Assembly (NCBI GenBank): GCA_905479765.1
Contig: CAJQNW010000051.1
Coordinates: forward strand, 1 to 48,108
DNA from: an uncultured Tepidamorphus sp.
GTDB taxonomy: Bacteria; Pseudomonadota; Alphaproteobacteria; Rhizobiales; Tepidamorphaceae
Length of the DNA stretch: 48,108 nt
Direction of reading: 5' to 3'
Shown: positions 11,403-18,686 of the stretch, piece by piece
How positions within the stretch are numbered: the first letter of the stretch is position 1
How the letters are laid out: the number at the start of each line of letters is the position of its first letter
The notes under the pieces: generated by a model
What the model was told of the DNA's origin: nothing
Seen by the model: the letters and a program-made list of their open reading frames with translations, nothing else
The model's database searches: none
Position numbers and translations under genes: made by a program

Positions 11403-11999
11403 TCAGCGGCAGGCGTCCACAAATTCCTTTGCCGTCGCATCAATGGCCGGCAGGTCGCATTGCCCGCGCTTCGGACAGGCGCGCATGTAGGCCCAGTGGG
11501 TCACCTGGAACACGTCCCCGGTCGTCATCTGAAGCTGCATCACCCACTCGCCGCGGCGGCGCCGCATGTTGCCGATGCCGGTGACGCGGCTGCCGTTCGT
11601 GCCTTCCTTCGGCGTGAAGGAGACGTTAAGCGTCCCTTCCGGCGTAACGGAAGCGACCATGCGATTGCAGGTCGGATCGCTGTCGGGCGGCACCGAGGCC
11701 GGGTCGCCGGGGTCCAGGAGCTGAGCCCGGGAGACCCCCCAGTAGTAACCGTCGGCGTAGCCGTCGATGGTGTAAACGGTCTGGTCCCTGAGCGGTACGA
11801 CGGCGTCGCTGTCCGCCGACGTCATCGTCGCCGACAGGTTGCCGGTGGGAACGTACCAGACGGTGCCCTCGAGCCATGACCATCGTTTTGTCCCGCGGTG
11901 CTTGCCGTCGCGGTCGCCGGCCGCGACCGGTAAGACGCCGGCGACGAGCACCGCGACGGCGAGAAGGGCCGAAAGGGTTTTGGTCGATGCGGATGGCAT
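11403..11999 (-). CDS. Secreted hypothetical protein (198 aa)
   Basis: An ATG at 11999 gives a signal peptide (KTLSALLAVAVLVAGVLPVAA); mature part looks beta-rich with four Cys; host-like codon usage. Confidence 0.7.
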   Translation of the reverse strand: MPSASTKTLSALLAVAVLVAGVLPVAAGDRDGKHRGTKRWSWLEGTVWYVPTGNLSATMTSADSDAVVPLRDQTVYTIDGYADGYYWGVSRAQLLDPGDPASVPPDSDPTCNRMVASVTPEGTLNVSFTPKEGTNGSRVTGIGNMRRRRGEWVMQLQMTTGDVFQVTHWAYMRACPKRGQCDLPAIDATAKEFVDACR

Positions 12000-12156
12000 T
12001 GCGGTTTCCAGATTTCGGGCCAGTGCCGCACCCGGCCGTAATCTGGATCGAAGGCGCCGTGCAAGGCGCGGCGGCGACGGCGCCCCCGCTGGCGGCGCAC
12101 ATGTTTCCTGATAGCTTGGTTCGGTGCGACCAATAATGGATACCCGGAGAACCTTA

Positions 12157-12726
12157 ATGCCCAATGACCGCGTCATCGCGCTGGAGCTTGAACAGGAAGG
12201 CGACCTGACCGATCGCCAGCAAGCCTACTTCGACAAGTGCGTGGAAAAGCTCGGCATGGTGCCGAACGTGCTCAAGGCCTATGCCTTCAATTCCGCGAAG
12301 CTCGACGCTTTCGCCAACATGTACAATGACCTGATGCTCGGCGATTCGAACCTCTCGAAGCTCGAACGCGAGATGATCGCCGTGGTGGTCTCCAGCGTGA
12401 ACCGCTGCTTCTATTGCCTGACCGCGCACGGGCAGGCGGTGCGCCAGTACTCCGACAACCCGGAGCTGGGCGAACTGATGGTGATGAACTACCGGGCCGC
12501 CGACCTCACGGCCAAGCAGCGGGCGATGCTCGATTTTTCCTGGAAGCTCACCGAGACGCCCTGGGCCGTCGACGAGCCGGACCGCCAGGCATTGCGGGAC
12601 GTCGGTTTTAGCGATCGCGATATCTGGGACATCGCCTCGGTGGCGGCGTTCTTCAACATGTCCAACCGGGTGGCAACGGCGACCGACATGCGTCCGAACC
12701 CCGAGTATCACGGGCGCAACCGGTAA
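12157..12726 (+). CDS. Peroxidase-related enzyme, AhpD/carboxymuconolactone decarboxylase family
   Basis: EREMIAVVVSSVNRCFYCLTAH (CxxC motif) and FFNMSNR. Start could be 12136 or 12157. Confidence 0.88.
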   Translation: MPNDRVIALELEQEGDLTDRQQAYFDKCVEKLGMVPNVLKAYAFNSAKLDAFANMYNDLMLGDSNLSKLEREMIAVVVSSVNRCFYCLTAHGQAVRQYSDNPELGELMVMNYRAADLTAKQRAMLDFSWKLTETPWAVDEPDRQALRDVGFSDRDIWDIASVAAFFNMSNRVATATDMRPNPEYHGRNR

Positions 12727-12969
12727 GACCGGTTTCGCGCATTCTGCACGATAATCCGTTCAGATATCGCGGTTGGGGGGCTTGTTTGGCCTCCCGGGCG
12801 CTGTTTGGTGATTTTTTCAATGTTTGTTCACCGTAACGGCACTTAGAAACAATTGTTTCAATGCGAATGGGGGGCGGTAACAGGCCCGAAATTAAGTTTT
12901 GGTAGGAAACCTTACGTTCAGACGTGCGTTTACCATCTATGAGATAGAGATTGACGAATATCATGGAAT

Positions 12970-12984
12970 GTTCCACATTTGTTC
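12970..12984 (+). promoter_or_regulatory. Alphaproteobacterial LexA (SOS) box GTTC-N7-GTTC overlapping a sigma70-like promoter
   Basis: GTTC-CACATTT-GTTC matches the consensus exactly; TTGACG (-35-like) at 12951-12956; ATG at 12987. Confidence 0.8.
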
Positions 12985-12986
12985 TC

Positions 12987-13418
12987 ATGAGCGCACCCGC
13001 TGATATCTCCGAATTCGGTTCCCTGACCGCCAGCACCGATGTGCCGAGCGTGCTGCAAGGAATTTCGTTCGCCACCGAATTCCGGCACTGGTTCGGTGCG
13101 AGCGGCCGGAAATACCTGACGCGTGCCTTTTCCCTTGATGCGGCTGCCGAATTCCCGGGCGCCCCGGTGATTCTGGCCTGCGTCGACGAGGATGGCCGGC
13201 GCGAGGCGGTCTGGATCGGCATCGCCGTCGGCCGCCGTTTCGAGGAAGCGCTGGAAACGGCGCGGGCGATCGGCGCGACCGAGGCGCATGTCCATCTCGT
13301 CGCAAACGGCGCGCTTGCCCGCGTCAAGGTTCTGCGCGATCTGCGCGACGCGATGCGGCGCGTACCCTGCGCTCCGGAAGTCCGGGATGGCGGGATCGAA
13401 CGCGATATCGCGGCCTGA
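12987..13418 (+). CDS. Hypothetical protein, probably SOS-regulated, possibly a degenerate GIY-YIG-like fold
   Basis: ORF begins 2 nt after the LexA box; motifs WFGASGRKY and GATEAHVH. Confidence 0.7.
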   Translation: MSAPADISEFGSLTASTDVPSVLQGISFATEFRHWFGASGRKYLTRAFSLDAAAEFPGAPVILACVDEDGRREAVWIGIAVGRRFEEALETARAIGATEAHVHLVANGALARVKVLRDLRDAMRRVPCAPEVRDGGIERDIAA

Positions 13419-13502
13419 GCGGTCCGCACGTTTCCCGCGATACCCGGTCGCCCCTCCGTCGCCCTTCCGTCATTTGTCCGTCGTCTCTCCGTCGCCTTCG
13501 CG

Positions 13503-14039
13503 CTATTCCGCGTCGGGCTCGCGCAGCGCCCGGCCGAGGACCGCCAGCCGCCGGTCGGTGACGCCGATCTCGTCCATGTGGTCGAGGGTCGCCAGCACGT
13601 AGTCGATGTTGGGTCCCGACTGGCCCCGGCCCTGGCGGACGAACTCGATCTGCTCGGCCACCGGCAATGCGCCGGCGTATTGCGCGTGGTCGCGGTCGAC
13701 GACGTAGCACAGCGCCGGCTCGGTGCGGTGGGTGCCGTCGAGGATGTCGATGGGGCGGGTGACCTCCCTGTAGACCATCGTCACCTGCTCGCGCGCGCGC
13801 AGGTACTCGATCACCTCGTCGCGGGCGTGCGTCTCCACCCGGAAGGCGACGCCCCGGCACGAGCCGCCGCGATCGAGCCCCAGCACCAGGCCCGGCGTCT
13901 GAGGCGTGCCGCGATGGACATGCGAATAGACGCACAGCGAGCGATGCAGCCCGCGCAGCCGGGCGGGCACCCGCTCGGCGTGCGCGAAGCCCGGCCGCCA
14001 CATCAGCGAGCCATAGCCAAAAACCCAGAAGTCGCTCAT
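13503..14039 (-). CDS. chaC: Glutathione-specific gamma-glutamylcyclotransferase (ChaC family)
   Basis: Motifs WVFGYGSLMW, HRGTPQTPGLVLGL, YLRARE and GQSGPNIDY. Confidence 0.92.
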   Translation of the reverse strand: MSDFWVFGYGSLMWRPGFAHAERVPARLRGLHRSLCVYSHVHRGTPQTPGLVLGLDRGGSCRGVAFRVETHARDEVIEYLRAREQVTMVYREVTRPIDILDGTHRTEPALCYVVDRDHAQYAGALPVAEQIEFVRQGRGQSGPNIDYVLATLDHMDEIGVTDRRLAVLGRALREPDAE

Positions 14040-14190
14040 AGTTTGATTATCGGAATCCCGTTTCGGCGAAGGCCGATTGCCCTAACAGCGCCGCGTTCGA
14101 TTGGCAACGTGGGGACGGTCGTCCGACACCGCAATCACACTCCCGCAAACACGTCCCCGCGCCTCACGCCATCACCAGACAGAAGACATC

Positions 14191-15306
14191 ATGACCGACC
14201 TTCCCCCGACCGGCGAACCCGGCCCCGCCGACCCGAAGCCAACGCGTGAAAAACTGGGCCGGCCGCCGCGCTTCGTCGTGCTGGTGGCGGCTGCCGTGGT
14301 GCTGGCCTTCGCCGGCTGGAGCGTCGTCTGGTACTTCGGCACCCAAAAGGCGCACGCGATGATCGGCGAGTGGCTGGCCGCCGAGGCCGCCAGGGGGCGG
14401 ACCTACGATTGCGCCGAGCGGGGCGTCGGGGGCTATCCGTTCCGGGTCATCGTTACCTGTTCAAACCCCAGCCTCGACATCGCCGACGCCTCGCCGCGCA
14501 TCCGGGCGACGGCTCAGGACTTCCGGGCCATCGCGCAGGTGTGGAACCTGACCCATGTGATCTACGAGATCGACGGGCCGGTGCGCGTCGAGACCGGATC
14601 GAAGAAGAACCCGCGCTCAGGGCTCGACCTGAGCTGGGACCTGCTGCAGGGCTCGCTGAGGGCGCCGGGCGGGGAGATCGCCAGCGGCGACCTGGCGATA
14701 TCCGGCTTTGCCGCGACGCCCGATCCGAAATTCCTCGGCCCCGGAGGCGGCATGACCGTGACGGCCAGCGCCGTCGAGTTCCACGGCCGCCGGGGTGCCG
14801 CCGTCACCGGCACGCCGCCGGGCACCCGCGACGTCGATGTCGCCGCCGACGCCAAAGACCTGGTGGTGACGCTCGCCGGCAAGGGCCCGCCGGATGCCGT
14901 CGACCTGTCGTTCGTAGGCCGGCTTGGCGCGCTGCCCTATCCGCCGCCGCGCGACCCGGCGGCATTTTTCACCGCCTGGCGCGACAAGGGCGGCTCCATC
15001 GAGGTGGCGAAGCTGTCGGCTGAACAGGGCGAGACAGAACTGCGCGCGGTCGGCACGCTGACGCCCGACGGCGCGGGGCGGCCGGAAGGCTCGGTCACCA
15101 TCAAGCTGGCGGGGCCCGACATCAACACGCCGGGGGCCGCAGGCGCCTTCGGCGGGCTCGCGCCGATCATGGCGCTGGCGCTGCGGTTCGCCGGCAAGGC
15201 CGACGAGATCGACGGGCGCACGGCGGTCTCCGGCCAGGTCGATTTCCGGGACGGGCAGCTGTTCCTCGGCCCGATGCCGATCGTGGAACTGCCGCGGATG
15301 TTTTAG
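14191..15306 (+). CDS. DUF2125 domain protein (membrane-anchored, periplasmic)
   Basis: N-terminal TM segment ending WSVVWYF, GGYPFR motif, C-terminal LGPMPI; divergent from chaC as is usual in rhizobia. Confidence 0.8.
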   Translation: MTDLPPTGEPGPADPKPTREKLGRPPRFVVLVAAAVVLAFAGWSVVWYFGTQKAHAMIGEWLAAEAARGRTYDCAERGVGGYPFRVIVTCSNPSLDIADASPRIRATAQDFRAIAQVWNLTHVIYEIDGPVRVETGSKKNPRSGLDLSWDLLQGSLRAPGGEIASGDLAISGFAATPDPKFLGPGGGMTVTASAVEFHGRRGAAVTGTPPGTRDVDVAADAKDLVVTLAGKGPPDAVDLSFVGRLGALPYPPPRDPAAFFTAWRDKGGSIEVAKLSAEQGETELRAVGTLTPDGAGRPEGSVTIKLAGPDINTPGAAGAFGGLAPIMALALRFAGKADEIDGRTAVSGQVDFRDGQLFLGPMPIVELPRMF

Positions 15307-15325
15307 AGGGGAACCTTATTCACGG

Positions 15326-15357
15326 TACCTGCACTAGCAATAGTGCGGGGTAGCTTT
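15326..15357 (+). terminator. Stem-loop with GCAA tetraloop at the left edge of the AT-rich islet; probable terminator, possibly bidirectional
   Basis: TACCTGCACTA-GCAA-TAGTGCGGGGTA followed by GCTTT; lies between convergent genes. Confidence 0.5.
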
Positions 15358-15372
15358 ACAGGATATTTGCCT

Positions 15373-15582
15373 TCAGCACCCGAACTCCCGCAATTCGGAT
15401 ATAAGTCTCCGACGAAGTATTCTCGCCTCTTCTTTCTCTAAGTCAGATGAATGGCGCTTGTCTTCGCAGTTAGCGGATTGCGACGTTAAAGTCGGGGCGT
15501 CAAATTTTGATTTGTTATCTAATAGGAACAGGAACTCTTTCTGTTGCCTATGCGTCGAGCGCTTTGCGTGGCTACCGCTCAT
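15373..15582 (-). CDS. Small hypothetical protein (69 aa; 72 aa if the GTG at 15591 is used) coupled to the deaminase
   Basis: GAGGTG lies 6 nt before ATG 15582; the alternative GTG overlaps the deaminase stop (GTGA); charged, helix-like C-terminus. Confidence 0.45.
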   Translation of the reverse strand: MSGSHAKRSTHRQQKEFLFLLDNKSKFDAPTLTSQSANCEDKRHSSDLEKEEARILRRRLISELREFGC

Positions 15583-15587
15583 CCAAA

Positions 15588-17147
15588 TCACCTCTCCCCA
15601 CCAGCATGAACCTCACCGCCTTCCATGCTCTCCAGATGTTTTATAACCCGTTTTTCGTGGGTTGTGAATCCGTCCATAGGTGGAGGAAGAACAGGGAAGG
15701 CAGATTTTTTGTCAATGAGGCAGGCCTTTCCATCAGCCTTGCGTTCGGTTCCGTGATGAAACAGTTTCAACATACTTTCTGGACCGACACCTTCGTACTG
15801 AAGGAAGGCTACTTTTTGTCCGTTATCATCGGTAATTCCAATAGAGTCGCTATGGAGTTCTAAAGCTAGACTCTTTGCATAGGGTTCTATGTAATAGACT
15901 TTCGTAATACCGGCGGCGACAATGTGCCTAGCGCAGTTATGGCACGGGAAAGTCGTTGTATATAATGTTCCACCCATTATGCCAAATTTTCCGGATCGGC
16001 TAGCGGCGACAATCGCTTCCATTTCTGCGTGTATAGATCTGCTATATTCGATAAGATTTTTTACTGGGGTATCAATAAGTGCTTCTCGAACATTTTTAAT
16101 GCTAACTCCTTTTGAGAGAAGGCCCTTACTTTCAAGTTTTCTGAAAATATTTGAATATAATTCTTCCTTTTTTCTGTCATTGTGACAAATTTTTCCTCCC
16201 CATTTGAAGCATCTGTGATCCATGTCTTCATCGTCAGTCGAATAAAGCCCGCCATTTGCTCTTGGTACATCATTCCAACCAACGCTTATTAATTCATTTT
16301 CTGATGAAAAAATTGCAGCGCCTACCTGTCTAGAAAGGCATGCCGACTTGCTTGCAGCAGAAACTGCAGCATACATGCCAGCTTCAAATTTATTGGGCGT
16401 GTGCACACTAATATTAAAAATTATATTAAGAAATCGATCTACCACAGATTTCAATGATATATCATTTTGACCATCATTTCTGATAAAGAAATCAGATAGA
16501 TAAGCTGTTTTGCTTACCTTTTGACCATGATCTTCTTTATCATTCTCGTCTCTAGTGAATATTCCTACTATCTTGTCCTTTTCTATTCCGTTGTTCTTCA
16601 ACCGCATCTCCCGAACAGTCTCGGGAGCGAATACAGTAAACTGCCAATATATACCTCCATATACTCTCCTGAGAAGTTTGCTTTCTTTTTGATGTTTAAG
16701 TGAATCTATGATCGTTGCTTGGCGTAGTGATTTTGGCTGAGGAACCTTGGTTTCTTCAAAATATCCGTCCTTAGCGCGCCCAATGGCAATCATCTCCACG
16801 GCCTTTGCGGCTATGTAGTCTTCTCCAAATCTATCTCGAAGTTCGGTTCCAACTGCTTGAAGATCTGTAATTCGTTTAGATCCGGACATCGCCGGAACGG
16901 TCGTCTTTGTTTTGCTCGCGTTTTGACGAATAATATCACTGGCCTTTATGATCTGAACAGTATAACCAAATTCGTCCTCGAGAATATTTTTAATAACCGT
17001 CGTTGTTGTCGATACTCCAGCGCCAACTGCGCCGACCATTCCGATTATAAGCTCTTGTGTAGGGCGCGAAATCTCTTCAGAAGGTGCTGTAGAATCCAGT
17101 TGTTCAAGTTCCACGGCTGTCGGAATTATTGAAGCCTGCTTTGCCAT
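15588..17147 (-). CDS. Anti-phage dCTP/dCMP deaminase (AvcD-like: N-terminal P-loop kinase-like domain + Zn-dependent deoxycytidylate deaminase)
   Basis: N-terminal IIGMVGAVGAGVST and IIDSLKH; C-terminal SACLSRQVGAAI, GWNDVP, HAE and PCHNC; RBS GGAGGAG; AT-rich. Confidence 0.9.
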   Translation of the reverse strand: MAKQASIIPTAVELEQLDSTAPSEEISRPTQELIIGMVGAVGAGVSTTTTVIKNILEDEFGYTVQIIKASDIIRQNASKTKTTVPAMSGSKRITDLQAVGTELRDRFGEDYIAAKAVEMIAIGRAKDGYFEETKVPQPKSLRQATIIDSLKHQKESKLLRRVYGGIYWQFTVFAPETVREMRLKNNGIEKDKIVGIFTRDENDKEDHGQKVSKTAYLSDFFIRNDGQNDISLKSVVDRFLNIIFNISVHTPNKFEAGMYAAVSAASKSACLSRQVGAAIFSSENELISVGWNDVPRANGGLYSTDDEDMDHRCFKWGGKICHNDRKKEELYSNIFRKLESKGLLSKGVSIKNVREALIDTPVKNLIEYSRSIHAEMEAIVAASRSGKFGIMGGTLYTTTFPCHNCARHIVAAGITKVYYIEPYAKSLALELHSDSIGITDDNGQKVAFLQYEGVGPESMLKLFHHGTERKADGKACLIDKKSAFPVLPPPMDGFTTHEKRVIKHLESMEGGEVHAGGER

Positions 17148-17445
17148 TTGAAATGTTCTCCTCCGAAAATTTCGGTACAGTATGCTCTTAGTCTAATTAT
17201 AAAAGTAAATATTTCTCTTACACCTTGTAACTTGGCCGAGCAGAGATGAAGGAATTCTATTTGGATTCCGTTCCCGGAAATTGTCATGGCTTTAGAGAAC
17301 TGATGCGCCCGGCAGTCGGAACGTCGGCCCTAGGATGAGATGCGGGCGAATGGCAGCTATGGGCCGGAAGCTGACTTCATGCCACATCCCCTTCTGGCGT
17401 ATTGCCAGCATTCCACGAAGGCGCGTTCACCCTCTACGCCCCCAC

Positions 17446-17546
17446 ACTTCGCCTTCACCGTCCCGATCGCCGCGCCGTGCAAATAATGCTGGCCGGGCTT
17501 GGCGGTGAGGTCGACCGCGTCCTACTGGAACAGGGCGATGACGTCG
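17446..17546 (-). pseudogene. Remnant of the 3' end of a phosphatidylserine decarboxylase-like gene; direct repeat of 22002-22102
   Basis: 93/101 nt identical to 22002-22102; carries an in-frame AAG->TAG stop and lacks the native stop. Confidence 0.85.
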
Positions 17547-17656
17547 ACTACGACGCTGCTGTGGGCACCGAGCCTTGCCTGACAGGCGCGCCTGCCTCCG
17601 ATCACTGGCAGGACAGGGGGAGCCACTTCGCGCGGCTCCCCTTCCGGTGCACCGGA

Positions 17657-18229
17657 TTACGGCAGGGTGCCGACATAGACGCCCGTGCGGGCGCGCGGCC
17701 TTACGGCGGCCGTCATGCTGGCCAGCATCGCAAGCCCCATGGTCAGGCTCAGAAGGTCGGCGGCAAGCGCGATCCAGGAGCTGACCAGATAGTCGTGCAC
17801 CGACCAGGATACGCCGCCGGCGAGGATCAGCAGCCTGAGCGTCCACTGGTTGTCCTGCATCCGGCCGAGCGCGATCAGGGCCATCGCCGTGACGCAGAGC
17901 GCGGACGCCGGGCCGGTCCAGAAGTAGAGGCCGGCGGCGATCATCAGGGGGATCAGGGCGTAGCCGATCCGGTTCAGGGCCCTGCTTTGCATCGCAAACA
18001 GTGCCGCGAGCGTCTGCACCACGCCGAGCACATTGACCAGCGACGGCGCGGCCATGTCGAGCAGCGCATAGTGGCTGGCAAAGCCGACGCCCGCGCCGAA
18101 CTGGGCCAGCAGGATGCCGCTGCGGGTGCGGAACAGCGGCCACACCGTGAGGCACACGAGAGAAAAAAAACCGGCCGCCGTGGCGGCCGGATCGTCGAGG
18201 ATCAGGGTGTAGAGGAACGAATTCAGCAT
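17657..18229 (-). CDS. YgjV-like inner membrane protein
   Basis: Multiple TM segments with the pattern FRTRSGILLAQ...HYALL...Q...LRLL...WSVHDYL. Confidence 0.75.
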   Translation of the reverse strand: MLNSFLYTLILDDPAATAAGFFSLVCLTVWPLFRTRSGILLAQFGAGVGFASHYALLDMAAPSLVNVLGVVQTLAALFAMQSRALNRIGYALIPLMIAAGLYFWTGPASALCVTAMALIALGRMQDNQWTLRLLILAGGVSWSVHDYLVSSWIALAADLLSLTMGLAMLASMTAAVRPRARTGVYVGTLP

Positions 18230-18486
18230 CGTTCGTCCCTCACCGTATCTCGCGTCAGCCTGGCCCCGTGCTTCACGGCGGCGGCGACGTCGGCCCGCGT
18301 CAGGCCGATATCGGTGAGCTCGCGCTCGGTCTTTTCCAGCAGGATCTCGTAGTCGCGCTGCCGGCGCTGCGCCTCCTGCAGGTGCGTGAGGACGCCGGAG
18401 AGCCAGGTGACGAGGCTGAACGGGGTCGGCGTGCCGGCGTCAAGTCCGTGAATCGCGCGCAACGACGCATGTGTATGCATTTCCAT
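18223..18486 (-). CDS. DUF1127 small protein
   Basis: RRQRDYEILLEKTERELTDIGLTRADV matches the DUF1127 signature; GGAG RBS before ATG 18486; overlaps the start of the YgjV-like gene. Confidence 0.8.
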   Translation of the reverse strand: MEMHTHASLRAIHGLDAGTPTPFSLVTWLSGVLTHLQEAQRRQRDYEILLEKTERELTDIGLTRADVAAAVKHGARLTRDTVRDERC

Positions 18487-18686
18487 CTTGAACTCCATCA
18501 ATTTTGGGGGCCGCCAGTGGCGGTTTCGCATCGGCCGCTGCGCCGTGTCCCCGTCAACAAGACGGGTCCAGGCGGCGGCGGATTGCTCGTGCCGCGCTAG
18601 TTGGTTTCCGTGCGTTGTTGCCAGCGTTGTAAGCCCGGTGGTATTGGTGCTTCCGTAGCGTTGTTTCTCGCGCGTCGGAGCTTTGA

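Larger units (their letters stand above)
15307..17290. mobile_element. AT-rich, horizontally acquired defence islet (no mobility gene)
   Basis: GC drops abruptly right after the DUF2125 stop (line 16081-16140 is 22/60 G+C, against a clearly GC-rich host) and recovers near 17300. Confidence 0.75.

Noticed and set aside
12951-12986. TTG/ATG upstream starts for the SOS-linked gene
   Set aside because: They fall within the -35 element and LexA box region; ATG 12987 is more consistent.
15458-17132. Short plus-strand ORFs inside the AT-rich islet
   Set aside because: Antisense to the deaminase, with no RBS or recognisable motifs.
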